64,000 bases of DNA. Source: an uncultured bacterium (lineage in GTDB: Bacteria; Zixibacteria; MSB-5A5; UBA10806). Where the stretch lies: positions 128,001 through 192,000 of the forward strand of contig CBEUCH010000003.1 of assembly GCA_965541585.1 (NCBI GenBank), read 5' to 3'. Made by a program: the position numbers and the translations under genes. Under the pieces are notes generated by a model. The model worked only from the letters and a program-made list of their open reading frames with translations. It did not search any database and had not been told where the DNA came from. Of the stretch, positions 9,341-20,625 are shown one piece after another (the stretch's first letter is position 1; every line of letters starts with the position of its first letter).

Positions 9341-10333
9341 ATGGGCAAGTCGATTGCGGAAGGAATAAAAACCCAAACCGATGAAACGATCTCCCAGGCA
9401 AGACCAGCAGCCGGCTGGTACGCCTGGATCTTCAGGTTGAGGATCGAGGAGTTTCTGGCGCTGGTATTCTTTGGGCCAATGGTCTATTTCACCGCCAGTG
9501 CTTATTTCTTCTTCAAATCGCAGGGCCACGTGCCGAACGTCTTCATCGGTGATGTCCAGCGAGTTTTCGCGGTGGTTGTTGCCGTGGCTGTTGCCCTTCT
9601 TATTGTACGATATCGTCCCAACTGGAGATTCTTGCGCGATTCGCTCCCCTTCGCATATTGTATCGCCATATACTCCAATCTTCATGACACCATACATTTC
9701 GTCAATCCCAACGATATCCATGATAAACTGATCGCCATCGACCAGTGGATCTTTGGTGTCCAGCCGGTCGTCTGGGCCGAGCAATTCATTAATCCGGTGC
9801 TGACCGAGATCTTCTCATTTTGCTATATGATCTTTTTCCTCTTTGGGCCTGTAGTTGCGCTCACGCTATATCTGCAGAAAAAAAGAATCGAATTTCGGAC
9901 AACTCTGGTTTCGGTCATCCTTTGTTTCTATGCGGGATATTTCCTTTATGTGCTGTTCCCGGCAGCGCCACCCCGGATAATGCTAAAAGAAATGTATACG
10001 CTCACGTTTAGCGGCACGCCGATCGCCGATGCGACATTGAAGATGGTGAATCTGTTGCCGTCGGATTCTCGGGCGGCGTTTCCGTCGCTGCATGCCGCGG
10101 TCACCTTGCTTTCTTTGATGTTTGCCTATAAATATGTTCGCTGGTTGTTCTGGACAATGCTGCCTTTCTGCACCGGCCTGATATTGTCAACCGTGTATCT
10201 GCGGCATCATTACGTTATCGATCTGATCGCCGGGTTCGGGCTTGGCATTCTGGCATTTATACTGGCTCCGAGGATCGATTCCTGGTGGAAGTCGAAAAAG
10301 CCGAAAGCGTTGCAGGTGAACGCCGATGCCTAA
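9341..10333 (+). CDS. PAP2-superfamily membrane phosphatase/phosphotransferase (PAP2_3, Aur1-like)
   Basis: Multiple TM segments. Motifs FPAAPPR, AAFPSLH and YLRHHYVIDL. Confidence 0.85.
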   Translation: MGKSIAEGIKTQTDETISQARPAAGWYAWIFRLRIEEFLALVFFGPMVYFTASAYFFFKSQGHVPNVFIGDVQRVFAVVVAVAVALLIVRYRPNWRFLRDSLPFAYCIAIYSNLHDTIHFVNPNDIHDKLIAIDQWIFGVQPVVWAEQFINPVLTEIFSFCYMIFFLFGPVVALTLYLQKKRIEFRTTLVSVILCFYAGYFLYVLFPAAPPRIMLKEMYTLTFSGTPIADATLKMVNLLPSDSRAAFPSLHAAVTLLSLMFAYKYVRWLFWTMLPFCTGLILSTVYLRHHYVIDLIAGFGLGILAFILAPRIDSWWKSKKPKALQVNADA

Positions 10334-11636
10334 AGTCGCCCTTGCATATACCGGCTGCAAGCTAAACAGGTATGAAATCCAGGTCATCTCCGAATCCCTT
10401 GAGGCTTCAGGCTTCGATGTCGTGCCATTCGGAGAAAAAGCGGATTGCTATGTGATCAATACCTGCAGCGTCACCAACGGCGCCGACGTTTCCTCGCGGC
10501 AGTTGATCCGCCGGGCCAGAAGAACTGCTCCCGATTCGCAGGTGATTGCTACCGGATGTTATGCCCAGATGCGGCCGGACGAAATCGAGAAAATTGGCGC
10601 GGATCTGGTGGTTTCCAATCCGGAAAAAGAGAATATACCGACCAGGATCATTGATCTCTTCGATAGATCGCAGGCAATACCGGATGATCCATCGCATGAC
10701 GAATTCGGATCCCGGGCCATTTCCAACATGGGGGATCTCACCCGGGCCTTCGTGAAGATCCAGGAGGGTTGTGACCGGGGCTGTACCTATTGCAGCATCT
10801 GGATCTCTCGCGGGCCTGAGAGATCTCGACGTTCAGAATTCGTAATTAGAGAAACTAACAGACTGCATGAAAATGGCTATAAGGAAATTGTTTTAACTGG
10901 AGTCCATATAGGCAAATACTCGTATGACGATATGAATCTGACCGGTCTGCTTCGTGGCATTCTAAGAGAGACGGATATGCCACGGATTCGGCTGTCATCG
11001 CTTCATCCGTCGGAGATCGACGATGATCTGATTGAACTGATATCGTCCGCCCCGAGGATTTGCCCGCATGCCCACCTCTCAGTTCAGTCGGGCGACGATA
11101 CTATTCTGAAATCGATGGGCAGGACTTACGAACGCAATGAACTGATCGATATAATAGAGAAGCTGAAATCCGCCGTCCCCGGGATAACTGTCGGCGCGGA
11201 TGTCATCGTGGGATTTCCCGGAGAGACCGATCGGAATTTCCAAAACAGCTATGATCTCGTGGAACAAACGGGAATACACCATCTTCATGTATTCCCTTTC
11301 TCGCCGAGACCGGGTACAAAAGCAGCCAACATGACAGGCGCAATACCTTCTATAAAGAAAGAGGGACGGGCCATGAGCTTGCGGAGACTTGGACAGAAAA
11401 TGAAAAACACTCATCTGAGAAGCTTTGTCGGGCAAGAGGTGAATGTCCTCTTTGAAAAAAGAAAATCGTCCCCGAAGCGTCATCTTACCGGTTTCACAGA
11501 GAATTACCTGAGGATTCGTTCAAAAGGAGGCGAGTGGATGAAAGGGGAGATCATCAAAGTTATGCCTTTCGAAGTTGAGAACGAGATACTTCTGGCGAAT
11601 ATCCACGCCTCGCCCGTCCCATCAAAAAGTAGTTGA
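10326..11636 (+). CDS. mtaB: tRNA t6A37 methylthiotransferase MtaB
   Basis: GCKLNRYE, INTCSVT and ATGCYAQ (UPF0004 domain). Radical SAM motif KIQEGCDRGCTYC. HVFPFSPRPGT and GFTENY. Confidence 0.92.
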   Translation: MPKVALAYTGCKLNRYEIQVISESLEASGFDVVPFGEKADCYVINTCSVTNGADVSSRQLIRRARRTAPDSQVIATGCYAQMRPDEIEKIGADLVVSNPEKENIPTRIIDLFDRSQAIPDDPSHDEFGSRAISNMGDLTRAFVKIQEGCDRGCTYCSIWISRGPERSRRSEFVIRETNRLHENGYKEIVLTGVHIGKYSYDDMNLTGLLRGILRETDMPRIRLSSLHPSEIDDDLIELISSAPRICPHAHLSVQSGDDTILKSMGRTYERNELIDIIEKLKSAVPGITVGADVIVGFPGETDRNFQNSYDLVEQTGIHHLHVFPFSPRPGTKAANMTGAIPSIKKEGRAMSLRRLGQKMKNTHLRSFVGQEVNVLFEKRKSSPKRHLTGFTENYLRIRSKGGEWMKGEIIKVMPFEVENEILLANIHASPVPSKSS

Positions 11637-11662
11637 CAGGACTTACCGGTAAACCATATAAT
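11633..11662 (+). promoter_or_regulatory. Sigma-70 promoter of the nuo operon
   Basis: TTGACA (11633-11638), N18 spacer, TATAAT (11657-11662). Confidence 0.75.
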
Positions 11663-11741
11663 GCCCGATGTTGGTGATCGAGGATAAGTCCTTTTAAGAT
11701 AGGAAATAGCGTCCTCTTTCTACCATTTTGTTGCGGAGATA

Positions 11742-11759
11742 TTGTGAAAAAAATCACGC
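11742..11759. promoter_or_regulatory. Rex-box-like operator
   Basis: TTGTGAA-AAAA-ATCACGC versus consensus TTGTGAA-N4-TTCACAA (11/14), just upstream of nuoA. Confidence 0.5.
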
Positions 11760-11774
11760 AGGTGATAAAAATAG

Positions 11775-12131
11775 ATGTTTGAGATCTTCTTCCCGATCCT
11801 GGTTCTTTTCATCCTGGCGACCGCAATCGTTTTGATAATGCTTGGCCTGCCAGAACTGGTTGCGCGGAAAACTAAAAACAGGCGCAAGCTTACTCCGTAT
11901 GAGTGCGGTATCCTTCCTGAAACGGATGCCAGATATCGGTTCCCTGTTAAATATTATATGATCGCTCTTCTTTTTATCATATTCGATCTTGAAATGGTGT
12001 TTCTATATCCCTGGGCAATCATACTAAAGAAATTAAAGATGTTCGCATTCATTGAGATGATAATTTTCATCGGAATCCTTCTGATAGGCTATCTTTACCT
12101 GATCAAGAAGGGCGCCTTAAAATGGGAATAG
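11775..12131 (+). CDS. nuoA: NADH-quinone oxidoreductase subunit A
   Basis: PYECG and [15 protein letters not shown]; first gene of the operon. Confidence 0.95.
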   Translation: MFEIFFPILVLFILATAIVLIMLGLPELVARKTKNRRKLTPYECGILPETDARYRFPVKYYMIALLFIIFDLEMVFLYPWAIILKKLKMFAFIEMIIFIGILLIGYLYLIKKGALKWE

Positions 12132-12601
12132 AAAAATATCTCCCCGATGGGATAATATTAACCACCGTTGAGAAGGCTGTCAACTGGTCTCGCAAATCGT
12201 CATTATGGCCTCTGGGATTCGGGCTGGCCTGTTGTGCCATCGAGATGATGTCAACTTTCGCCTCCCGGTTCGATCTGGCCCGTTTTGGAATGGAGGTCAT
12301 GAGACCTTCGCCGAGGCAGGCTGATCTGATGATCGTCTCCGGAAGGCTATCGGTCAGGATGGCGCCGGTTATCAGGCAGCTTTACGACCAGATGCCAAAT
12401 CCCAGATATGTCATCTCCATGGGAGCCTGCGCATCGTGCGGCGGGATTTTCAACAACTACGCCATCGTCCAGGGAGTCGATCGCGTAATTCCTGTCGATG
12501 TTTACGTTCCGGGATGTCCTCCCAGACCGGAACAACTTATCGACGGTATCATGAAGCTGCGGGCCAAAATCGAAAAAGAGAAGCTGAAAGACAACGTCTG
12601 A
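12122..12601 (+). CDS. nuoB: NADH-quinone oxidoreductase subunit B
   Basis: [16 protein letters not shown] and [10 protein letters not shown]. Confidence 0.97.
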   Translation: MGIEKYLPDGIILTTVEKAVNWSRKSSLWPLGFGLACCAIEMMSTFASRFDLARFGMEVMRPSPRQADLMIVSGRLSVRMAPVIRQLYDQMPNPRYVISMGACASCGGIFNNYAIVQGVDRVIPVDVYVPGCPPRPEQLIDGIMKLRAKIEKEKLKDNV

Positions 12602-13131
12602 TGGCATCCATCGTCGAAGAAAAACTCCGAATGGGGTATTCCAAAAAGATTATTGAATTGAACACCTTCAGGGGTGATCTGAATGTTGTTTTGAAACCCG
12701 AGGATATCCCCGAGGTCTGCCGTTATCTGAAAACCGATCCCGATCTGAAATTTAATTTCCTCTCCTGTATAACCGCCTGTGATTATCTGGGAAAACGTGA
12801 AATTAGATTCGAGGTGGTCTATATGCTTTTCTCCATCCCGAATCATCATAAGATTATTTTGAAAACCAGGGTAAACGAGAATGAAGAAATCCCGACATTG
12901 ACCTCCCTCTGGAGTACGGCCGACTGGCAAGAAAGGGAAATCTACGATATGTTCGGGATCAAATTTACCGGTCATCCCAATCTGACGCGGATTCTCATGG
13001 ACGAGGATTGGGTTGGCCATCCGCAGAGAAAGGATTTCCCTCTTACTTACGAGGTGCCTCATTTCACCCATAACAAGGGCGAGATAGATACCAGGCACGA
13101 GGCTCCATGGAGGGGGGATGAGGATGGCTAA
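12601..13131 (+). CDS. nuoC: NADH-quinone oxidoreductase subunit C
   Basis: [25 protein letters not shown] and [13 protein letters not shown] at 12601 overlaps the nuoB stop. Confidence 0.95.
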   Translation: MASIVEEKLRMGYSKKIIELNTFRGDLNVVLKPEDIPEVCRYLKTDPDLKFNFLSCITACDYLGKREIRFEVVYMLFSIPNHHKIILKTRVNENEEIPTLTSLWSTADWQEREIYDMFGIKFTGHPNLTRILMDEDWVGHPQRKDFPLTYEVPHFTHNKGEIDTRHEAPWRGDEDG

Positions 13132-14296
13132 ACGGGAAACCATGATTATGAATATGGGCCCGCAGCATCCTGCTACGCATGGAGTGCTGAGGATCGAACT
13201 GGAGCTGGAGGGCGAGACGGTTGTCGATGCCCGCCCCTTAATCGGCTATCTCCATACCGGAATTGAAAAGAATATGGAGGCCAAGACCTACACCCAGGCC
13301 CTGACCATGACCGATAGAATAGACTATCTGGCGCCCATGTCAAATAACCTCGTTTACGTGGGCGCCATCGAGAAACTTATGGAGGTAGAGGTCCCGCCCA
13401 GAGCCGAATATGTTCGGGTGATAATGACCGAATTAACGCGTGTCGCCTCTCACCTTGTATGGCTCGGTACCCATGCAATCGATATGGGCGCCATGTCGAT
13501 GCTCCTGTATTGCTTCAGGGAGCGGGAGAAGATCGTCCAGATGTACGAGTTTGTCTCAGGGGTCAGGATGATGTCGTCGTATTTCCGGGTCGGGGGTCTG
13601 GCGGATGATATCCCCGCTGGATTTGATAAGCGGGTAAAAGATATTCTCGATACTTTTCCGGCCAGGATAAACGAGTACGAGGGGCTTTTAACGAACAACA
13701 AGATCTGGCGTAACCGTACCGTAGGAGTGGGAACGATCTCCGCGGAGGATGCCATCGATGCCGGGCTATCCGGGCCGAACCTCAGGGGCAGCGGAGTCGC
13801 CTGGGATATCAGAAAATCTAATCCTTATTCGTACTACGATAAATTCGAATTCGATATTCCCACCGGCAAGAATGGCGATGTTTACGACCGGTATCTGGTC
13901 CGACTGGAAGAAATGAGGCAGGCCTTGCGTATCGTGGGGCAGGCGGTCGAGGGTATACCGGAAGGCCCGCATATCACCGGCGACAGGAAGATCGCTCCTC
14001 CGTCCAGAGAAGAGGTGCTTAAGGGGATGGAACAATTAATCCATCATTTTAAGATCGTAGTCCATGGTTTCCAGCCGCCTCCGGGTGATGTCTATTTCGC
14101 CATCGAATCGCCCAAGGGAGAGATCGGATGTTATATCGTATCCGACGGCACCAAAAAACCCTATAGGGTTCATTTCAGACCGCCGTCGTTTGTTAATATT
14201 TCAGTCTTGCCTAAACTGGTTATCGGCGGAATGGTGGCCGATGTGGTTGCCTGCATAGGATCTCTTGATATAGTGCTTGGTGAAATCGACAGGTAA
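13124..14296 (+). CDS. nuoD: NADH-quinone oxidoreductase subunit D
   Basis: [23 protein letters not shown] and DIVLGEIDR. Start is 13118 or 13124. Confidence 0.97.
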   Translation: MAKRETMIMNMGPQHPATHGVLRIELELEGETVVDARPLIGYLHTGIEKNMEAKTYTQALTMTDRIDYLAPMSNNLVYVGAIEKLMEVEVPPRAEYVRVIMTELTRVASHLVWLGTHAIDMGAMSMLLYCFREREKIVQMYEFVSGVRMMSSYFRVGGLADDIPAGFDKRVKDILDTFPARINEYEGLLTNNKIWRNRTVGVGTISAEDAIDAGLSGPNLRGSGVAWDIRKSNPYSYYDKFEFDIPTGKNGDVYDRYLVRLEEMRQALRIVGQAVEGIPEGPHITGDRKIAPPSREEVLKGMEQLIHHFKIVVHGFQPPPGDVYFAIESPKGEIGCYIVSDGTKKPYRVHFRPPSFVNISVLPKLVIGGMVADVVACIGSLDIVLGEIDR

Positions 14297-14310
14297 CTGA
14301 GAGGTTTGAG

Positions 14311-14814
14311 TTGAACAGCACATCCGATATTTTGCTCAGCGAAAAATCAACAAAAGAGATAAGACGTCTTAAGGATCTGTATCCCTACTTGAAATCCGCA
14401 GTTCTGATGGTTTTGCACGTCATATATGACCAGTATGGCTATATAGATTCTAAGGCGGTGAAGGAAGCTTCCGGGATTATGGAATTGCCCGTCATGGATT
14501 TTGAGCAGGCGGCAAGTTTCTATACGATGTTCCCTCCCCGGAAGGTCGGAAGGTATCATATTCAGGTTTGCCGCACGATATCATGCATGCTTCGCGGTTC
14601 CGAGGAGCTGGTCCGATTTTTGAAGGAAAAACTCGATATCGAGATCGGCGCGATTACAAAAGACGGGCTATTTTCTCTTACCGAGGTTGAATGTCTCGGG
14701 TCCTGCGGCACGTCGCCAATGATGCAAATAAATGATATCTATTATGAGAATTTAACGCGTGTCGGGGTGGAGAAGATACTCGAAGACCTCAGAAATGAGG
14801 CCACGAATGATTGA
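14311..14814 (+). CDS. nuoE: NADH-quinone oxidoreductase subunit E
   Basis: VCRTISCMLRG and ECLGSC (2Fe-2S ligands). Confidence 0.95.
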   Translation: MNSTSDILLSEKSTKEIRRLKDLYPYLKSAVLMVLHVIYDQYGYIDSKAVKEASGIMELPVMDFEQAASFYTMFPPRKVGRYHIQVCRTISCMLRGSEELVRFLKEKLDIEIGAITKDGLFSLTEVECLGSCGTSPMMQINDIYYENLTRVGVEKILEDLRNEATND

Positions 14815-16096
14815 ATTCGAAAAGATTTTGTTTAAATACATAGATTGCCCTGGGCAGGATAGTATAGAGACTTATATCAAGAATGGCGGTTATACAGCTT
14901 TTGAGAAGGCGATGAATACAATGACCCCCGAGGAGGTTGTGGAGGAGGTCATCAAATCGGGCTTGCGAGGGCGGGGAGGGGCCGGTTTCCCTGCCGGAAG
15001 AAAATGGTCTTTCCTGCCGAAAAACGGTAAGAAGCCGGTATACCTGTGCGTCAACGCCGATGAATCCGAACCGGGCACCTTCAAGGATCGCGAGCTCATG
15101 GAAAAAGAGCCGCATATGGTGATCGAGGGCGCCTTAATAACTGCCTACGCCATAAAATGCAATACGGCATTCATATATATCAGGGGGGAATTTGCCCGCG
15201 CCGCTCGTCAATTGAGCAAGGCTATCGACGAAGCAAGACAGAAGGGATTTGTCGGCAAAAATATTTTAGGCAAAAACGTTGATATAGAGATCATAGTCCA
15301 TCGTGGCGGAGGAGCTTATATCTGCGGTGAGGAGACAGCCCTGATGACATCTCTCGAGGGGAACCAGGGATATCCGCGCGTCAAGCCGCCGTTCCCGGCG
15401 ATCTCCGGTCTCTATAATTGCCCCACCATCATCAATAACGTTGAGACACTGAGTAATATACCGCATATCATCAATAGAGGGGGAGAGTGGTTCGCATCCA
15501 TAGGCACTCCGAAATCGACCGGCACCAAGATTTTCTGTTTGTCCGGCCATATAAACAAGCCGGGAAACTATGAATTGCCGATGGGCGTGCCATTGCGTGA
15601 ATTGATATATGAATATGGCGGCGGCATCAGAGACGGCCGCAATCTCAAGGCGGTCATTCCCGGGGGTTCATCTGTCCCGGTGCTGACGTCGGATAAGGTC
15701 GATGTCCGCATGGATTTCGAGTCTCTGGAGGAAGCCGGCACGATGCTTGGCTCGGCCGGAGTAATCGTAATGGATGAGACCGTCTGCATGGTGAAAGCGG
15801 CGCTTAATATGGCTCGATTCTATCAACACGAATCCTGCGGGCAGTGCACCCCCTGCCGGCAGGGGACATACTGGATGCTGCGAATTCTGGAACGCATAGA
15901 AAATGGCCGGGGCCGGATGGAAGATCTCGACCTGCTTCTGGATATCTGTTCCAATATCGATGGCAACACGATCTGCCCGCTTGGTGACGCTTCCACGCCG
16001 CCTGTCAGATCGACCTTGCAGAATTTCAGGGAAGAATATGAATATCATATCACAAATAAGGAATGCCTGACAAAAATGAGCCCGGGGTTCGAGTAA
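14807..16096 (+). CDS. nuoF: NADH-quinone oxidoreductase subunit F
   Basis: SGLRGRGGAGFP, NADESEPGTFKDR, YICGEETAL and ESCGQCTPCR. Confidence 0.97.
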   Translation: MIEFEKILFKYIDCPGQDSIETYIKNGGYTAFEKAMNTMTPEEVVEEVIKSGLRGRGGAGFPAGRKWSFLPKNGKKPVYLCVNADESEPGTFKDRELMEKEPHMVIEGALITAYAIKCNTAFIYIRGEFARAARQLSKAIDEARQKGFVGKNILGKNVDIEIIVHRGGGAYICGEETALMTSLEGNQGYPRVKPPFPAISGLYNCPTIINNVETLSNIPHIINRGGEWFASIGTPKSTGTKIFCLSGHINKPGNYELPMGVPLRELIYEYGGGIRDGRNLKAVIPGGSSVPVLTSDKVDVRMDFESLEEAGTMLGSAGVIVMDETVCMVKAALNMARFYQHESCGQCTPCRQGTYWMLRILERIENGRGRMEDLDLLLDICSNIDGNTICPLGDASTPPVRSTLQNFREEYEYHITNKECLTKMSPGFE

Positions 16097-16098
16097 AG

Positions 16099-18534
16099 AT
16101 GCCTGAGAATATAACGGTGACAATCGACGGTAAGATTGTGGATGCGCCTCCCGGTACGCTTATAATTCAGGCGGCCAGGAAAATCGGCATCGAGATACCG
16201 ACTTTCTGTTATGACGAGCGTCTAAGATCAGTCGGCGCCTGCAGGATGTGCTTAGTCGAGGTGGAGAAGATGCCGAAACTGATCGCATCGTGCGCCACGC
16301 CGATCGCCCCCAATATGATCGTGCACACCAATTCGGAAAGGGTTGTGAAAGCCCGCAAAGGAGTTCTGGAATTCTTACTCATAAACCACCCTCTCGATTG
16401 TCCGACCTGCGACAAAGGTGGTGAATGTCCTCTGCAGGATAACACTTATCTTTATGGTCCTCCTGTTTCGCGATATACAGAAAACAAGATCAGGTTCATT
16501 GAAGAAGACATAAGTCAAAGTTTCGATGATATACCGCTGGGTCCGGAGATTATGTTATGCCGCAACCGCTGCATAATGTGCTTTTTGTGCGTGCGCATCG
16601 TACGCGATCTTGCAGGGGAGGCGGATCTGGGCGTATTCCAGAGAGGCGCCCGGACAAACATCAATGTCCTGCAGGAGGTGGCCTTCGCCGATGAATTCTC
16701 CGGTAACACGGTGGAATATTGCCCGGTCGGAGCATTGACTTCCCGCTCATTTCGTTACAAAATTCGCGACTGGCTTTTAAAGAAAGCACCGTCGGTCTGT
16801 AACCTTTGCTCCGATGGCTGTAACATGAACGTGGAATGGTCCGGGGGCGAGGTTTTCCGCCATATGGCCAGGAAGAATCCTGATATCGACGACGGCTGGC
16901 TCTGCGACCGTGGTCGCTACAGCTTCGATATTTACGGATCGACGGATAGAATCAATCAGCCTCATATCCGCCGGGGGAATACGCTCGAGCCGTGCGGATG
17001 GGACGAGGCCCTGGCGTTGGTGACCAGGCATCTCGAGAGGATCGTTGCGGAGAACAGGGGTTCGGAGATCGCAGCCATTGGATCGCCTATGCTATCAAAT
17101 GAAGAAGCATACGCGATCCGGCACTTCTTTGCCGATGCGGTTAGATCATCAAGTATAGATTTCCAGTTCGATACGGATCAGCCGATTGAGCCGGAGCTGC
17201 TCGACCTGATCGGCCTGGACGGCACTATAAATGATCTGGAGAACGATTCGTTTTTCCTTTTCGTGGGATGTGATCCGGCAATCGAACATCCGGTCATGTC
17301 ATTGAGAATAAGAAAAGCCATTGCCAGGAAGAAGGCGAGGGCTGTTTTTATCGGATCATATGAAAAGAGGCTCGGATATTTCCCGATCACGAATATCAGA
17401 ATACCTTATGCTACCGAAGCCTTTGCATTGAACTATCTTTTATCTGCGCTGGCCGGGAAGAGAACTCGGTCAATGCCGCCGGGTATCTCCATCGATACGG
17501 ATCAATTGAAAAAACTGGCAGGGGAGTTGAAAGATTCTTCAAATATACATATTATGGCTGGTCGCGGTTTCCTCTCTCATCCCGACCGTAAGGCGCTTCT
17601 ATCATCGATTATTAGATTGAAAAAACGCATGGCTGCGAAATTGTCGATACTGCCGGCACAGGGCAACTACCTTGGTGTTTCCCGTTTCGGTCTTTATGGT
17701 GGGACGGGTAACTCATTCAACGATATATTGTCCCGCATAGATTCGGGAGCTATCAAGACGGCGTTTATATTCGGCGCCAATCCTCTCTCCGAGTATCCCG
17801 ATGGAAAGTTCGTCCATGATGTTTTGAAAAAGCTCGATTTTCTGGTGGTTGTGACTCCATTCATGACATCCACGGCTTCCCGGGCTTCCATAGTTTTTCC
17901 ACAAGCTCTACCCCCTGACTATGGCGGCTCCTTTGTCAATATTGAAGGTCGAATTCAGAGATTCGAGCCGATGACAGAGCATCGCCGCTTCGATTACAGG
18001 CCGGTCTGGTCTCTGCTGGGGGAAATATCCAGTATGCTGGAGACAGGCACGGCATGGTATCACGATGGCCAGGTTAGACAGGAAATGGCCGCGAATTTGA
18101 AGGGCATGGAAAATCTAACCAATATACCTGGTGGCGGCCTGCTGATTAATGTCACTGCAAGAAACGAATATGATCCGGGAGAGATCGAGCCACGAGTTCC
18201 GCCCCGCCCCGGAACTGAAAATCCATATCTATTTCAATGGTCGCCGTCGGTGCATCATCCGGACTGGCTTACTGAAAAATCCGAAAATCTGATGAGGATT
18301 GCCGGGAAACAGGAAGTCTGGATGCATCCGGAGGATGCGAACGGAGAAGGAATAGCGAATAATCAGGTCGTCAGGATCGGAACAAAAGAAACGGCCCTCA
18401 ATCTTCATGTAAAGGTAACAGATAAGGTGAATGCGGGAGAGATTCTGGTTGTCAATTCATTCGCAGAGAATCCTGTTAACCGGCTGATGAAGAAGGGCAA
18501 ACCTATAACGCATGTATCGGTGAAAAAGAACTGA
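16099..18534 (+). CDS. nuoG: NADH-quinone oxidoreductase subunit G
   Basis: GACRMCLVE, HPLDCPTCDKGGEC, RCIMCFLC and CPVGAL. N7-type CNLCSDGC...LCDRGR. Confidence 0.95.
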   Translation: MPENITVTIDGKIVDAPPGTLIIQAARKIGIEIPTFCYDERLRSVGACRMCLVEVEKMPKLIASCATPIAPNMIVHTNSERVVKARKGVLEFLLINHPLDCPTCDKGGECPLQDNTYLYGPPVSRYTENKIRFIEEDISQSFDDIPLGPEIMLCRNRCIMCFLCVRIVRDLAGEADLGVFQRGARTNINVLQEVAFADEFSGNTVEYCPVGALTSRSFRYKIRDWLLKKAPSVCNLCSDGCNMNVEWSGGEVFRHMARKNPDIDDGWLCDRGRYSFDIYGSTDRINQPHIRRGNTLEPCGWDEALALVTRHLERIVAENRGSEIAAIGSPMLSNEEAYAIRHFFADAVRSSSIDFQFDTDQPIEPELLDLIGLDGTINDLENDSFFLFVGCDPAIEHPVMSLRIRKAIARKKARAVFIGSYEKRLGYFPITNIRIPYATEAFALNYLLSALAGKRTRSMPPGISIDTDQLKKLAGELKDSSNIHIMAGRGFLSHPDRKALLSSIIRLKKRMAAKLSILPAQGNYLGVSRFGLYGGTGNSFNDILSRIDSGAIKTAFIFGANPLSEYPDGKFVHDVLKKLDFLVVVTPFMTSTASRASIVFPQALPPDYGGSFVNIEGRIQRFEPMTEHRRFDYRPVWSLLGEISSMLETGTAWYHDGQVRQEMAANLKGMENLTNIPGGGLLINVTARNEYDPGEIEPRVPPRPGTENPYLFQWSPSVHHPDWLTEKSENLMRIAGKQEVWMHPEDANGEGIANNQVVRIGTKETALNLHVKVTDKVNAGEILVVNSFAENPVNRLMKKGKPITHVSVKKN

Positions 18535-19520
18535 TGTTATTAGAGGCGATAATAATCATAATTAAGGTCGTGGCAATCTATATTGCTCTTCTGACTGCAA
18601 TCGCCTATTCCACCTATTTTGAACGTAAGGTCGTAGCCCGTATTCAACATAGGATCGGTCCCAATGTAACCGGCCCCTTTGGCCTTTTGCAGCCGGTTGC
18701 AGACGCCGTGAAGATGATCATGAAAGAAGAGATAAGACCCGCCCTGGCGAACCGATTTTATTTTCTGGCCGCGCCGGTATTGTCTTTTGTAACCGCCTCC
18801 ATGGCCATAGCGGTTATACCGATAGGCGATTGGATTACTGTCGGCGGTCAGCGGATTCAACTTATTATTTCTGATCTGAACATCGGTATTCTATATATCC
18901 TGGCGGTAACCTCCCTGGGCGTCTACGGGATTGTGCTGGCAGGCTGGTCCTCCAATTCCAAGTATTCGCTTCTGGGCGGATTGCGATCCACGGCCCAGAT
19001 GATCAGCTATGAAGTTTCGCTGGGATTGGGATTGATCGGTGTATTGCTATTAAGCCAGACATTTTCCATAGCGGAGATCGTCAGACAGCAGTCCGGTTCT
19101 ATCCTCAACTGGTACATTTTCAAGCAGCCGGTGGCCTTTTTCGTTTATTTCATATCAGCCATGGCGGAAACGAACCGGAATCCATTCGATCTTCCCGAGG
19201 CCGAATCGGAGCTGGTGGCCGGTTATCACACTGAATACGCGGGCATGAGTTTCGGCGTATTCTTCCTGGCCGAGTACGCCAACATGATCACCGTCTCCGC
19301 CATAGCAGCCAGTATATTTCTTGGCGGCTGGAACGGCCCGTTTTTGCCGCCGGTAATCTGGTTTGTTATGAAGGTTATATTTTTTATGTTCATATATATC
19401 TGGGTGAGGGGAACCCTGCCCAGGTTCAGATACGACCAGCTCATGAGATTCGGCTGGCTGGTTTTATTCCCTATAGGAATATTGAATGTCATGATAACGG
19501 CTTTGATTCAGGTATTGTAG
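18534..19520 (+). CDS. nuoH: NADH-quinone oxidoreductase subunit H
   Basis: GLLQPVADAVK, AETNRNPFDLPEAESELVAG and PRFRYDQLM. Confidence 0.97.
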   Translation: MLLEAIIIIIKVVAIYIALLTAIAYSTYFERKVVARIQHRIGPNVTGPFGLLQPVADAVKMIMKEEIRPALANRFYFLAAPVLSFVTASMAIAVIPIGDWITVGGQRIQLIISDLNIGILYILAVTSLGVYGIVLAGWSSNSKYSLLGGLRSTAQMISYEVSLGLGLIGVLLLSQTFSIAEIVRQQSGSILNWYIFKQPVAFFVYFISAMAETNRNPFDLPEAESELVAGYHTEYAGMSFGVFFLAEYANMITVSAIAASIFLGGWNGPFLPPVIWFVMKVIFFMFIYIWVRGTLPRFRYDQLMRFGWLVLFPIGILNVMITALIQVL

Positions 19521-19534
19521 GAGTCGCAATTTTT

Positions 19535-20062
19535 ATGTGGCAGAATCTAAAATCAGTTTTTCTGGCGATACCAAAGGGGCTTTCGATCACTTTCCGTTAC
19601 CTTTTCAGGAAACCGATTACCGAGCAATACCCTAAAATCCGACCTCAATTCGAGGATCGCTACCGGGGATTACATTATCTGACCCGGTATGATGATGGCA
19701 CCGAACGGTGTGTCTGTTGCGGCTTGTGCGCTGCAGCCTGCCCGGTCGATTGCATATATATGGAGCCGGCGGAGACGGAGGACGGTATCCGATACGCCGG
19801 TATCTACGAGATAAACGAGTTGAGATGCATATTCTGCGGCCTGTGCGAAGAGGCATGTCCGGAGGAGGCTATCTTTCTCGGCCATGAGTTCGAATTTTCA
19901 TCCTACGATCGCGATGATTTCATTTATACCAAGGAAATGCTCCTGGCGAATTTCGATAATATTGAAAAAGAGAGGGTGGCCAAAAACATCAAGCCATTCA
20001 TCCGCAAGGAGAGAAAGGAATTTAAAAAACCGGCTGCGCCGTCAAACGAGGTATCGGCATGA
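19535..20062 (+). CDS. nuoI: NADH-quinone oxidoreductase subunit I
   Basis: Two CxxCxxCxxxCP motifs. Confidence 0.96.
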   Translation: MWQNLKSVFLAIPKGLSITFRYLFRKPITEQYPKIRPQFEDRYRGLHYLTRYDDGTERCVCCGLCAAACPVDCIYMEPAETEDGIRYAGIYEINELRCIFCGLCEEACPEEAIFLGHEFEFSSYDRDDFIYTKEMLLANFDNIEKERVAKNIKPFIRKERKEFKKPAAPSNEVSA

Positions 20063-20625
20063 TTATATTCTTCGTTCTCGCGATTATCGCGGTCTTCGGC
20101 GCGGTGATGGTGGTAACGCGGAAAAGCCCCGTTGCATCCGCCATATATTTGATACTGGTGATGTGTTCGCTGGCGGGCTTATTCGCACTCATGGGAGCGT
20201 TATTCCTGGCGGCTTTCCAGGTCATTGTTTACGCCGGCGCCATCATGGTCTTATTCCTGTTTGTTATCATGCTTTTGAATCTGCGCCGGGACGAATTCGG
20301 ACATGACACCCGGATTATCCAGAAATATCTCGGTTTCTCGTTCGCTCTTTTGATTCTCATCCAGGGCGTTTTTATCCTGGGCTGGGCGATGAAAGACTAT
20401 TCGGCAGACGCTGGCGGCATGAGTTCAATCGAATCGGGCGCAATCCCATCCGAGGGTGCCCTGCCTGACGATTACAGCTCGGCGGAATCGGTCGCCGAAA
20501 CTCTGTTTACGAGATTCGCATATCCGTTCGAGATAACGTCGATTTTACTACTTGCCGCAATTATTGGCGCCGTGCTTATCGCCCGGAAGAAACAACCCGG
20601 ACAGGACGGGGAAGAGGAAGACTGA
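20059..20625 (+). CDS. nuoJ: NADH-quinone oxidoreductase subunit J
   Basis: [20 protein letters not shown] and [16 protein letters not shown]. Confidence 0.95.
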   Translation: MIIFFVLAIIAVFGAVMVVTRKSPVASAIYLILVMCSLAGLFALMGALFLAAFQVIVYAGAIMVLFLFVIMLLNLRRDEFGHDTRIIQKYLGFSFALLILIQGVFILGWAMKDYSADAGGMSSIESGAIPSEGALPDDYSSAESVAETLFTRFAYPFEITSILLLAAIIGAVLIARKKQPGQDGEEED

